Below, one piece after another: positions 42,404 through 52,469 of a DNA stretch of 64,000 nt. Origin of the DNA: an uncultured delta proteobacterium. Lineage in GTDB: Bacteria > Desulfobacterota > BSN033 > UBA1163. The notes beneath the pieces are model-generated. The model saw only the letters and a program-made list of their open reading frames with translations, was not told the origin of the DNA and did no database searches. Made by a program: the position numbers and the translations under genes. How positions within the stretch are numbered: the first letter of the stretch is position 1; each line of letters opens with the position of its first letter. The DNA lies in the NCBI GenBank assembly GCA_963708295.1, contig CAVPSJ010000004.1, forward strand, positions 928,001-992,000, in the 5' to 3' direction.

Positions 42404-45253
42404 TTACTTCAGCCTCCATACTTCCCGGTAGGACAATCGCTTGAGCAGTGTCTTGCGGAGAAACGTTTCCGTTGTTCCGTTGACGCCCACCATCACATCC
42501 AGGTTTTTCCGCGGGTACTCCGCCAGATTGGCGGTCTTCATCCCGGTCCGGTCCTCGATATGCCAGGCATTGATCTTTTCCCCGTCGAAATCGTCAACAA
42601 CGATCTTGAAATATCCATTTGGCCCGGTATACGTATTGTTCTTCTCGTCCAGTATAATGGGCTTCCCGTTGTCGAGGATCAATTCGTTGAGCATGTAACA
42701 GTGGCCGCAGACCTCCGGCCTCACCACGAACCGCGGATCATCCGGCCAGGGTTTGTCTCGTTGAAGTTTCTTGATACCCGATGCAGCATAAAGAGGAACC
42801 TTTCCACCGGAGAAGTCGGACGATAGATCCAGCTCCACATGGACATCGTCATGCTGAAGCATAACCTTTTGCTGGGATTCGCTGTGCTGCGGAAGGGTAT
42901 CAAGAAGCTCTTTCGTCAGGGGCCCAAGGCTCTTTTCGACTGCCATCTTGCCTTTTGAATCGATAAGGATTAGTTTTGCCTTCTTGGTTGCCGGATCAAC
43001 GGCCGCGATTCTCAGCCGGTACTTCCCCAATTCGGTCTCCTCTCCGGCCTTCATGGCGAGCTGCCGGGGTTCTTCGTAGGAAATCGTAAAGGAATCCATA
43101 CCCGGGGTCCCCATCTCCGCCACCTCCACATAGTCCGGACTGACCCACTTGGGTATCAGATAGGTTGCCCCCTCGGCAAACACCTCCGGAAGAGAATACT
43201 TCTCCTCCATCGATGAGGAGGAAGAAGTTGAGTTGGAAGCCACGGGAGAATCGGAATACCCCCGGAATCCCGGAGCAACGATAATATTCGAACCCCAGGG
43301 GTTCCCGGAGTATTTGACCACCCGCAACACCCCGACAGGACGTCCCATCAGAATGGAAGATTCGATATACCGCAAGGCCTTGCTTCCGTCTCCCAGAGGC
43401 ACATCCTGCCAGAAAAGAAGATTCCCGTCTCCCATGGGCATCTCCTTCCACAGATCGATCCGGAAATTCTTCTTGACGACGAGGTAGCTCTCGGTGCTCA
43501 TCAGGTAGGCCTTCTTCCCGAGAACATAAAATGCTTCCCCCGCCAGGGGCCGGATGTTTCTTCCGTTGCGGCTCGTATAGTAGAGGCCTCCCGGAGGGAT
43601 GATGATCTGCCTCTTCCTGTAATCCACATAGCTTGCTCGGATCACGATCGCCTCCGAAGAGACAAGCTTTTCTCCTTTCCGGTTCTGGATGAACTGACGA
43701 ACGAGCCCTTTCATCTTCGGAACAAAAGCGCAGTCAGGATCAGGAGCAAACCACTTGGCCGACGGGATGACCGGCGGATAAGAGGTAAACTTCGACTTGA
43801 CCACTGGAATACCATAGGTCGGATCGGCCAGACGCTGAAGAAACGTATCTTCCATGACCGAGACAACGAGCTCGCTCATTCCGATGAAGAAATCGATATT
43901 CTCTCTCCCCTCTTTCCAGAGGATGAGATTATCGGTCCGGCGGAAGAAGGAGTCCCGCACATAGCAGCTCTTCACCACCTCATTCTCGATTTTGCCGACC
44001 ACGAGATTGAAATATTTTCTGTCCCACACGTCCGAGATCTTGATGGGACCGGCATAAGTTGTCTTTTCCCCAGTCAACTCAAAGGGTTCCCTGTTTTCAA
44101 GGACCACCCGCTTCAGCATTCCTGTCATCAAGTGCGGTTCGAGCCGGACGAGGTAACGGTTGTCTCTGGGCCATGGGTCGCCGTCCTTCAGTTTGACGAG
44201 ATCATGATAGATCATGAAAGAGATCGTTCCTTCCTTCCATCCGTAAGGAACATCGTTGGCCCAGGGAGCATAATCGGACCCCTTATACCAGGATGGATCG
44301 ACGACCAGTTCGATGTGCATATCCAGATCGAAAAGGGTCAGGCCCATCTTCTCCTGTTCTTCGAGCTTGTATTGCTGCTGGGTTGCCGGGACGAGAAGCT
44401 TTGACGCCAGTACCTTCCTGCCTGTCCAGTTGCGAACCTCCACCAGGATTCCGTTCTCCTTCCGGAAAGCATAGATCCTCTTGTTCCGCCACCAGCGGTA
44501 GCTTTCCTGCCGAACCTGTACCACGTAGGGCCGGTCCAGTGAAAAGACAGCCTCCGGGATGGTGGGATACTCGATCTTCGAAAAATGAGCCTCCTCGTGC
44601 GTGACTTTCTTTGCCTGGAACCGGGTCAACCCGTAAAGGGCAATACTGGAGAGAAAGAACTCCTTCTGCTGGGGATTGATCCCTTCTTTCACCTTCAACG
44701 CGTTCAATTTCACCGGCTCGGGAAAGGACGTGGAGACGGGCAATTCGATCTGCCAGCCTCCCGAAGGGGGCAGCAGCGCGAACTCCCCATAGGGTTTCCC
44801 GTAGTGGTCCGTGGCATATTCGTACCAGATCCGATATCCGGACGGATCGATAAGTCTCTTCCCTCCCTTTTTCACCCTCACGTCTGTTTTCGTGGCTGAA
44901 GAGGGTCTCAAGCTGAGGAGATACGCCTCCTCGCCGAGGATCAGGAACGGATCTCTCATCAGAGGCCTGGCGTCCTCCGAGGTACTCGAGGCATAGAAAA
45001 GTCCTCCTGCCGGCACATGGACCTTTCCTTCTTTCACAGAACTGCCGCGGAGGACAACACATTCGGCAAGATCCTTTTTCTGACCGTAATGATTATGCAT
45101 CGTCTTGTTTAACAAACCACCCAGCTTCGGGATGTACGTCGCCTGGTCTGACGGAGGCAATCCCCGGGAACTGTCCTCTCCCGTTGATGGAGAGGCGATC
45201 AGAAAGATCAGAAGGATTGTTGCGAAATGTAGAAACCCCCTTTTGCTCATCAT
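42404..45253 (-). CDS. Large exported hypothetical protein with internal duplication and a CGHC motif
   Basis: Signal peptide; two homologous halves (PAGGLFY/PPGGLYY, PWPRDNRY/PWPDDPRF). Confidence 0.85.
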   Translation of the reverse strand: MMSKRGFLHFATILLIFLIASPSTGEDSSRGLPPSDQATYIPKLGGLLNKTMHNHYGQKKDLAECVVLRGSSVKEGKVHVPAGGLFYASSTSEDARPLMRDPFLILGEEAYLLSLRPSSATKTDVRVKKGGKRLIDPSGYRIWYEYATDHYGKPYGEFALLPPSGGWQIELPVSTSFPEPVKLNALKVKEGINPQQKEFFLSSIALYGLTRFQAKKVTHEEAHFSKIEYPTIPEAVFSLDRPYVVQVRQESYRWWRNKRIYAFRKENGILVEVRNWTGRKVLASKLLVPATQQQYKLEEQEKMGLTLFDLDMHIELVVDPSWYKGSDYAPWANDVPYGWKEGTISFMIYHDLVKLKDGDPWPRDNRYLVRLEPHLMTGMLKRVVLENREPFELTGEKTTYAGPIKISDVWDRKYFNLVVGKIENEVVKSCYVRDSFFRRTDNLILWKEGRENIDFFIGMSELVVSVMEDTFLQRLADPTYGIPVVKSKFTSYPPVIPSAKWFAPDPDCAFVPKMKGLVRQFIQNRKGEKLVSSEAIVIRASYVDYRKRQIIIPPGGLYYTSRNGRNIRPLAGEAFYVLGKKAYLMSTESYLVVKKNFRIDLWKEMPMGDGNLLFWQDVPLGDGSKALRYIESSILMGRPVGVLRVVKYSGNPWGSNIIVAPGFRGYSDSPVASNSTSSSSSMEEKYSLPEVFAEGATYLIPKWVSPDYVEVAEMGTPGMDSFTISYEEPRQLAMKAGEETELGKYRLRIAAVDPATKKAKLILIDSKGKMAVEKSLGPLTKELLDTLPQHSESQQKVMLQHDDVHVELDLSSDFSGGKVPLYAASGIKKLQRDKPWPDDPRFVVRPEVCGHCYMLNELILDNGKPIILDEKNNTYTGPNGYFKIVVDDFDGEKINAWHIEDRTGMKTANLAEYPRKNLDVMVGVNGTTETFLRKTLLKRLSYREVWRLK

Positions 45254-45322
45254 CGTCGATATCCTCGGCAGAAAACGTCTGTTATTCTGCCACCTGCTTT
45301 TCAGGCCATGTTCTATACTGTT

Positions 45323-45658
45323 TCAGCAGGTGCAGTCTTTTCCTCCGATCCCTTCGAGGAGGAGAAAAGGCTTGATCCTCCTCAACAGATTCCGGTCAAA
45401 CCCATCCACCTGCAGAAGCTCTTCGAGAGTCTGGAAGTTGCCATTGTCCTTCCGGTACTTGACAATCTTCTTGGCAAGTTCGGGAGAGATTAACGGCACG
45501 CTCTTGACCAGCTCGTCTTCAGTCGCCTTGTTGATGTTGACTGTCTTTCCCTTCACAGGTTGTGATTTTTCCGGGGCTGCCGCATTCACGCCGCTGACTG
45601 TGAAGCAGACCCAAAGGGCTACGAAAAGCACCATCCATTGACGAGTCTTTCTACTCAT
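45323..45658 (-). CDS. Exported ComEA-fold (helix-hairpin-helix) protein ending ...GIGGKDCTC
   Basis: RBS ggagg; signal peptide; VNINKAT.DEL, IVKYRKDNGNFQTLEELLQVDG. Confidence 0.88.
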   Translation of the reverse strand: MSRKTRQWMVLFVALWVCFTVSGVNAAAPEKSQPVKGKTVNINKATEDELVKSVPLISPELAKKIVKYRKDNGNFQTLEELLQVDGFDRNLLRRIKPFLLLEGIGGKDCTC

Positions 45659-45713
45659 AGAACTACCTCCCACAAAATAGAGTCTGTTCACAAATTGCCG
45701 CATCGGTCGAATC

Positions 45714-45750
45714 GTCATTCCGGCCCCGTATCAAGTACGGGGCAGGCTCC
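45714..45750. repeat. REP-like palindrome (gtcattccgg type)
   Basis: gtcattccggccccgtatcaagtacggggcaggctcc; related half-element at about 51965-51992. Confidence 0.45.
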
Positions 45751-45825
45751 TCAGGTCCAGAAGGCATGACTGAAGAGGCTGTCTATGGCCAGACACTAAA
45801 TCTTAAGTTAACAGTTGCTTTCCTC

Positions 45826-46731
45826 TCATAGGGCTCCCTGACCGGCAAAAACAAGAACGAACCGGAGCAGAAACCCTCCAACCAGCGCCGATGCGAAGAG
45901 GGGCCACGCCCTGTTCACTTCTATCGCCTGCCGCCTCATCACGAGGGCCCAGGGCACAACCATGCCGATACCGATCGCCCCAACCCACCAGATCAGGCCA
46001 CTCCAGCCTGTCATCAGATGAATCGCTGCGGGCTTTGACGCCGGAGACAGGATCCTCGTCGCCCCGTACCCCAGAGCTACCAGAAGCAGGCATGGGAGAA
46101 TCACCCGGTAGCTTCTCTTCACGAACTGAAGGGGTCCCTTCATGGCATCGGCGTCCTTTTTTTCCACGAACAGGATTGCCAGCATCCCTCCTCCCGAAAA
46201 CCCGGTTGCCAGGGCAGACAGAAAAAAGAAGAGGGGCAGACTGAAGCCCCGCCAGAGAGGGGTTCCTGTGACGGAAAGCAGCACGCCTGTGTAGACCGAC
46301 ACGCCAAGGGCCAAGAGCGTCCCGACCCACCCGATCCTGCCCCGGATGTCCGTGCGCTCCCAGAGGGACAATGCACCGATTCCCGGCAGACGTTTCCTGA
46401 TAGGGGTCGGAATCCAGTATAAGGCAAAAGCAACGGACACAATCAAAAAGAGACTGAACAGCCATGCCCCGATAGACATGGGTGAATAGGGATTGAACAC
46501 GCTGACCGTCATCCAGAAACGAGACTTATATCCCAGATCAGCGATCAGCATCGCCATCCCGATCACAAGGGCGACAGGCGCCAGGAACAAAGACATCCGA
46601 GAACAGGATTCCCAGCCTTTTCCTTCGCGCCTTGAGGTCATTGCACCGAAACAAAAGCTGCCTGCCCCCAAGCCGGCGAAGAAGAGGTCCAGTACCACAG
46701 GAATCCCCCATGTGACCTCACTCATCGGCAT
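45826..46731 (-). CDS. NrfD/PsrC-family membrane anchor
   Basis: WGIPVVLDLFFAGLGAG, ADLG, SPMSIGAW, YTGVLL, LLRF. Confidence 0.9.
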   Translation of the reverse strand: MPMSEVTWGIPVVLDLFFAGLGAGSFCFGAMTSRREGKGWESCSRMSLFLAPVALVIGMAMLIADLGYKSRFWMTVSVFNPYSPMSIGAWLFSLFLIVSVAFALYWIPTPIRKRLPGIGALSLWERTDIRGRIGWVGTLLALGVSVYTGVLLSVTGTPLWRGFSLPLFFFLSALATGFSGGGMLAILFVEKKDADAMKGPLQFVKRSYRVILPCLLLVALGYGATRILSPASKPAAIHLMTGWSGLIWWVGAIGIGMVVPWALVMRRQAIEVNRAWPLFASALVGGFLLRFVLVFAGQGAL

Positions 46732-47377
46732 CCCCCTGATTCTCTATCTTCCTCCACAGCCAGGCAAGCAATACTCCACCCGGAATGACTCCGCTCACCC
46801 ATTTCCAGGCCTGAAGCGATGTCGTCGTATTCAGTGGCACCGGCTCAGGCAACGCATAGTCTTCCGGTCTGCCTTCCAACGAGTACACCATGTGAAGACG
46901 TTCATTTCTTCCATAAGCTCCAAGATTTCCCCTTTTGTTTTGGTCAGGGTTATAGCTGAGCGCATCGGTTGTGCACTTGGCCACACACGCTGGCTCTTTC
47001 CCGCGGTCAATCCGTTGGATGCAGAAGCTGCATTTCCTCATCGTGTGTTGGGTCGGGCTCAATTTCGGCACGCCGAATGGGCACGCCTTGATGCAGTAGG
47101 CGCAGCCGATGCACCTGTTTCTCAGGTGTTCTACCACGCCGTCCGGCCTCTTCCGCAGCGCTCCCGCAGGACACGCTGAAACGCACGATGGATCATCACA
47201 GTGGAAGCATGCAGTCGATATGGAACGCAGCTTCGAATCTGGAAACCTGCTCGCAGTATGGCTCCTAACCCAGCGAAGCTGCACACCCGGCGGGGCATTA
47301 TTCTCCAGCTGGCAGGCCACCTCGCAGGAGTGACACCGGATGCACTTCTTAGAATCAAACAGAATTAATGGTTCCAT
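46718..47377 (-). CDS. 4x[4Fe-4S] electron-transfer subunit (PsrB/DmsB-like) with C-terminal TM helix
   Basis: CIRCHSCEVAC, CFHCDDPSCVSACP, CIGCAYCIKACP, CSFC..CVAKC. Confidence 0.92.
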   Translation of the reverse strand: MEPLILFDSKKCIRCHSCEVACQLENNAPPGVQLRWVRSHTASRFPDSKLRSISTACFHCDDPSCVSACPAGALRKRPDGVVEHLRNRCIGCAYCIKACPFGVPKLSPTQHTMRKCSFCIQRIDRGKEPACVAKCTTDALSYNPDQNKRGNLGAYGRNERLHMVYSLEGRPEDYALPEPVPLNTTTSLQAWKWVSGVIPGGVLLAWLWRKIENQGDADE

Positions 47378-47387
47378 CTCATCAATC

Positions 47388-47508
47388 AGGTTCAGGCTGA
47401 GGTTAAGGTTAAGGTTAAGAATTCCTCAAACCCCCCGGCAGCTCATTTCCACTGAATCTCGATGCTTAAGCTTTAGATGCTCTAAACCTCAGCCTTGACC
47501 TTAACCTT
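47388..47508. repeat. Inverted 6-nt repeat hairpin (GGTTAA/TTAACC) overlapping the molybdoenzyme 3' end
   Basis: ggttcaggctgaggttaaggttaaggttaag ... cctcagccttgaccttaacct. Confidence 0.7.
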
Positions 47509-49692
47509 CTTCTCCTGTATCTTTTCTAGCCGGCACCCAAACCCATTGAACTGGGCTGACACTTCGTCCCAGTACCCCGGGATGATCGTATTAATTGATT
47601 CTCCTGCATTGCCCCGATAAGGGCTGGCTGGTTCCGGATGGGAGGGTGTCCAGACGACGCCGGGAAGGATCAACTCGCTCAGTCTCACCTTTCCAGCGAT
47701 TCTTCCCTTCTCCGTTTCGAGGATCGCCCGATCTCCATCCGCCAATGCAAGACCCTTCGCCGTCTCCGGATGAATATGAATCACGTTCTCTTCCGAAAAC
47801 TGGGCCATATAGGCCGACCAATTCGTATACGTCTGCTGCCAGTGCTGTACCACCTTTCCCTGGAGGAAGATTAACGGAAACCCCTTTGCCTCCGAGCCTT
47901 CCCCCTTCGGACTCCCTTGCGGTTCAGACCAGGAGATAGGACCCAGAATATCAGACCGCAGTTCCACCTTGCGGTCCCGGGTGAGAAACCGATCGTTCGG
48001 GTAGAGAGTGCCTCTCGTCCCGAGGTGGTCCGCCGAGGGACACGGCCAGGATATCCCCGTCGGATTTTTCTTCAGGCGGTCCAGCGTTAACCCTGTCCAG
48101 CTTGAAGATTTCTGTCTGAACATCTCATAGATCTCTTCCGTCGTTTCAAAGGATGGATATCTGCTTCCGGCGATCTTCTTCCCCAGGTCCCGGTAAAAAC
48201 GCCAGTCCTCCACTGTTTCTTCGGGCGGAGCAACGGCGCTTTCCCGCCACACCACCTGCCGCTGGGCACCGTACTGGGACCCCGAGCTTTCAAAGACCAT
48301 GGTTGCGGGGATCACAAGATGGGCGAGTTTGGCCTCCTCGTCCATGAAAAATCCGCGGTAGACGACCAGTTCCACTTTCTCGATCGCCTTCTTTACCCGG
48401 TTCGCGTCCGGGTAGCGCCTGTAGCTTGAATTGAGGAGAAGCACCTTCACCCGGCTGCGCTCCATATTGTAGAGAATCTTCCGGAATGTGAGACCCGGCG
48501 CAAGATCAGGAGCACGATATGTCTCCTCAAAAGCCTCACCGCCTCCGGGCTTTCCGGCCTGGACAGCCATCAATCCCTTCCCGTGCCCGGACAGCTGTCC
48601 CATGATGGCTTGAAGGGCAATGATCGCCCGGACGGTCTGGATCGAGTTGGTGTAGCGCGAGAGCGCTCCCCCCAGCCAGACCATGGTCGCCTTGCTCCCT
48701 GCAAGGCTCTCCGCAAAATCGACCATTCGCCGTCGAGAGATCCCGGTAATCTTTTCCACTTCTTCCGGGCTGTACCGCTCGGTTGCCCCGATGAGATCTT
48801 TAAAACCATTGACATATCTTTCTACATACTTTTCGTCGTACCGTTTCCCTTTGATCAGATGCCTGATGACGCCCAGAGCAAAAGCGCCATCGGTTCCCGG
48901 CCTCGGGGTCCACTGGTCATCGCAGTGACTGCTGGTCGGAGTCCTTCTTGGATCGACGTAGAGGACCTTGATCCCCTTGGCCCTCGCTCTGTCGATCCAC
49001 CGTACATATAAGGGATAAACCTCGGCAATATTGGCGCCCCACAAAACGAGACGATCCGAGTTCAATGCCTCATCCAGGGTCGTCGGGGTAATCGGGCTGC
49101 CCAGACAGAGCCGCAGCGCCGCTCCCGTGTTCCCAATGCAGGCATCTCCGGGATGGCAGATATCCGGCAACCCTGATAGATTCAGGGCCATCGTAGCAGC
49201 CAGCTCGCTTTCATGCGACTCCCACAGGGGTGCGAAGAGGACAACCTGATGGGCGTAGTCTTCGGGGGAATCTTCCTTGACCTTGAGGATCCGGCCGGCA
49301 ACGAGATCGATCGCCTCCTGATAGGAGATTCTTTTCCAGCCGTCGCCTTCTCGCTTGATAGGATACAGGAGCCGGTGAGGGCTGTACGTCAATTCCACCA
49401 TGGACTGGCCCTTCGGACACATTCCGCCTTGGGTCCAAGCGTTATCCGGATTTCCATAGACATTGATCACTCTTCCGTTTTTCACCTGCACCTTGGTCGT
49501 GCATCGGACCTGGCAGAACTGACAGCAGCCGTTGACTTCCGAATCAAACAGCTTTTCTTCCCGGGCGTCTGTGGAAGGATGCGCTTCCGTACAGAAAGCC
49601 AGGGGCGCCCCCAGGCCGCCCGCTGCCAGCGCACCCGCCTTCAGAAAATCCCGCCGGTTCATTCCGCTTACCGGCTCATCCTTTTTTCGCAT
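47482..49692 (-). CDS. Tat-exported Mo/W-bisPGD oxidoreductase catalytic subunit (PsrA/PhsA-like)
   Basis: NRRDFLK Tat motif; CQFCQVRC...CPKG FS0 cluster; PRPGTDGA; probable Cys metal ligand in PGDACIG; start trimmed. Confidence 0.9.
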   Translation of the reverse strand: MRKKDEPVSGMNRRDFLKAGALAAGGLGAPLAFCTEAHPSTDAREEKLFDSEVNGCCQFCQVRCTTKVQVKNGRVINVYGNPDNAWTQGGMCPKGQSMVELTYSPHRLLYPIKREGDGWKRISYQEAIDLVAGRILKVKEDSPEDYAHQVVLFAPLWESHESELAATMALNLSGLPDICHPGDACIGNTGAALRLCLGSPITPTTLDEALNSDRLVLWGANIAEVYPLYVRWIDRARAKGIKVLYVDPRRTPTSSHCDDQWTPRPGTDGAFALGVIRHLIKGKRYDEKYVERYVNGFKDLIGATERYSPEEVEKITGISRRRMVDFAESLAGSKATMVWLGGALSRYTNSIQTVRAIIALQAIMGQLSGHGKGLMAVQAGKPGGGEAFEETYRAPDLAPGLTFRKILYNMERSRVKVLLLNSSYRRYPDANRVKKAIEKVELVVYRGFFMDEEAKLAHLVIPATMVFESSGSQYGAQRQVVWRESAVAPPEETVEDWRFYRDLGKKIAGSRYPSFETTEEIYEMFRQKSSSWTGLTLDRLKKNPTGISWPCPSADHLGTRGTLYPNDRFLTRDRKVELRSDILGPISWSEPQGSPKGEGSEAKGFPLIFLQGKVVQHWQQTYTNWSAYMAQFSEENVIHIHPETAKGLALADGDRAILETEKGRIAGKVRLSELILPGVVWTPSHPEPASPYRGNAGESINTIIPGYWDEVSAQFNGFGCRLEKIQEKKVKVKAEV

Positions 49693-51731
49693 ACGGTGAG
49701 TTCGGTTCGAACATTTCATACATGATCCGGCCTTCGAAGTTAGAAGGCGGAACCAGTCCAAACATGTGCATGATCGTTGGCATCACGTTCATCATATGGC
49801 CGTTCTTGGAGATATCGTTGTTCTTTCTGATGCCGGGGCCGGCTGCAATGAACGTGATCAGTGCATTCCCATGAAACCCTGTAAAATGTCTCCTCGGGTT
49901 GTCCCAGATCTCGCCATCACGGCCGAAACCGCCGAAGTTAATCTGGTAGAGCCCATCGTTCTTTTTCCCGGGCACCTTGATCCCGGATGAATCCCGATAG
50001 CCGCAGAATTGTACATCCCCGGCATACCAGCCATAGTCCCCCTTGTAAAGGTTTTCGACGCGGTCGGCGATATGGGTCCACTGCTGTCCTTCAGCATCTT
50101 TCACCTTCTTCAGCTCGGCAATGATGAAATCGCGCAGCTTTTCATATTCCGAAAACTCCACGATCCCGGTTGGTTCGCGATTCTTCAGATTGATAAAGAT
50201 GCCGGGGTTCCATCCGCTGTAGGCCTTTGTTCTGGACCAATCGATATCCTCGTAGTCATAGGTCCGTTTCTGGCCTTCCACCTCGGGTTTGACGTGAAGC
50301 AGTCCAAGCTGCATCAGCCAGGAATTGGGCTGAAAGTCTTTCTTCACCGCTCCCCATCCGTGGTCTGAGATCATCATGAAGATCGCGTCTTTCGGAAGCT
50401 CCTTCAGGATTCGCGCCAGCTCCTTATCGATATACTCCGTGAAATCGATCATGACTTTCCCGCCACCGTATTTCGCTTCGTATTCCGCGGACCAGTCAGG
50501 GTTGCCCTCGACGCGTGTCATGTTGTGGTTCAAACGGTCATAGGGCATATTCGAAAACCAGAAGAAGTCCCAGGGCTTGTTCTTCATCAACCACAGGACG
50601 ATATCGTCCTGTTCCCGCGTCGCATCATAGCAGTCCTCAATGAGGGTCTCCTCTTCCTGAACGTAAGCGACGAAGGACGAATAGTCGTATTCAAAGGGAA
50701 GGTTGGGCGTCCGGTAATAACCGAATGCATCGTAAACTTCCCTGGCGAGTGAGGCGGGATAGGTCCATCGGTCCGTGGGAACACAAGCCCCATCGAAAAA
50801 CACATCGATCGGTTCATGACGTTCAGGAGCGGTCGGATCCTGGAGAAGCCGATATCGGTAGAGTTGCAACTCCCCGTTGGCGGAATTGAGGCGCTCAGGT
50901 TTCCATTTGACAATTGCCCTTCGCCCGTTCGGGAACTGAATCGGCACATACTTCGACCACTCACCCTTTTTCAGCGTGAGTTTCACATCCTGATAGGCCA
51001 CCGTAACGGTATCTCCCGAATTGAGAGTGAGTTCCAGAGGGATCTTCATGTCTTTGAATTTGATGACGGTGGAGACCTTCCCGTTCTCGAATGTAATCTT
51101 TGTCTTGAGTGCGGATGCCGCCTTGTGCCTCTGCTGTGTGAAATAGACATGCCCCTTGCAATCGGCGCTATCTCCCAGACCGGGGGCACCTTTTCCCGAC
51201 ATCATAAAACCGCCCTTCAAACGTTCCGGAGGAAAAGACATGGCCGTGCCGCAGAGGCCGACCCTTACACCGCCCTCTGCCAGCATGAAGGGTACAGTAG
51301 CCGTGTGGAGTCTAAAGAGGCGGTTGATGCCCGAGGTCTGGTAGGCAACCTTGTCATAAAGCTGCCATGGATGGGACCCGAAGAAATTGTTCTGCCCCGG
51401 CCCTACGCCGGTGTTATAAGCGGCCCAGGCATCCACGGACATACCCCGGAAGATATTCTCGAACTCGCCGTAACTCCCCTGGCTCAGCAATTTCTTGAAG
51501 GTGGGCAACTTTCCCTGGTTTGCCCATTCGATAATATTTGCCATCTGGCAGGAATCGAGCCCCATGAGGACGATCTTGGGTTTCCGACCGCCTTTGAACC
51601 GCTCGCCTTGACCAGGTTGCCCTTCAGAAGACGCTCTCGCTCAACCCGACGATCGACGCACCGACCAGCCCACCGGCGATCGTCTTCAGCGCGTTGCGTC
51701 TTGACAGGTCTTTCTTGCTTGTATCATCCAT
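49676..51731 (-). CDS. Tat-exported alkaline phosphatase superfamily (type I phosphodiesterase/nucleotide pyrophosphatase-like) protein; frameshifted near 51590-51640
   Basis: MDDTSKKDLSRRNALK Tat leader after RBS aaaggag; KIVLMGLDS, SVDAW..YNTG..PG, DRLNH, SDHG, GFHG. Confidence 0.85.
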
Positions 51732-52039
51732 CTCGGTTTGTCTCCTTTCGGTGGCGCCCTGCGAAGAGTCTCTCACTCCGTTGCGGTCGGGGAAGAAGGT
51801 AACAGGAAATTTCCAAATATGTCTTCTGACAAAAAAAGTCTGACAAATTCGTTCCCAGCATTCTCTGAAGACCCAAAAAGGCATCATGCTGAACTCCGAT
51901 TATTCACGTTCATTCATCACTAAGTGTCAGCATCTCACCAACTGGACCCATTTGTCCTTCGGATGAGATCCCGGATCGGCGTCCGGGATGACAGGTCTCG
52001 GATAACATGACGGGTCTATGGAATTTCAGATATGTTTAT

Positions 52040-52414
52040 TCAACACTTCGACGGTTTCAAATCCGGTTCGTCATCGTCATCCGCAGGAGTGATATAAAGC
52101 GACCCCTTCTCCATTTTCGGATTGAGTTTGTTGAAGAGTTCTTTGTTCATCCCTTTCACTTTCATCAAATCCTCGGGACTCTTGAAAGGACCTGACTTCT
52201 CCCGATATTCCACAATGCCTTTCGCAAGCGTGGCGCTGATACCGCATTTGGTCAACTGGTCAGCGGTCGCTTTGTTCACGTCGATCTTTGTCGCCTCAGG
52301 TGCCTTCGCAGGCGGCTTGGCAGGCGTTTTCGTTTGAGCAATCCCTATGCCCCCGATCACGAATGCCATTCCGAGGACCATAATTAAAACAAACATCCCC
52401 ACACTTTTTTTCAT
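52040..52414 (-). CDS. Exported ComEA-fold protein ending ...DDDDEPDLKPSKC
   Basis: RBS aaggagg; signal peptide; IDVNKATADQL, IVEYREKSGPFKSPEDLMKVKG. Confidence 0.88.
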   Translation of the reverse strand: MKKSVGMFVLIMVLGMAFVIGGIGIAQTKTPAKPPAKAPEATKIDVNKATADQLTKCGISATLAKGIVEYREKSGPFKSPEDLMKVKGMNKELFNKLNPKMEKGSLYITPADDDDEPDLKPSKC

Positions 52415-52469
52415 TTCCAATGACCTCCTTTTGTCGCATCTGCATCAAATAAAAGAAAAGCCTCTTATC

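Noticed and set aside
45253-45325. Selenocysteine read-through of the Cys-TGA end of the first HhH gene, which would fuse in frame to the 949-aa ORF
   Set aside because: The downstream hairpin is weak (cctg-aaaag-cagg, loop not G-initiated), the next ORF has its own signal peptide, and in-frame spacing has a 1-in-3 chance.
52000-52042. Selenocysteine at the Cys-TGA end of the second HhH gene
   Set aside because: No SECIS-like stem-loop at the required distance; the nearby hairpin is REP-like and too far.
45323-52414. Natural competence (DNA uptake) locus
   Set aside because: No comEC, pilin or dprA genes, degenerate HhH motifs and a redox-enzyme context. DNA or nucleotide scavenging with the two phosphoesterases remains a less favoured alternative.
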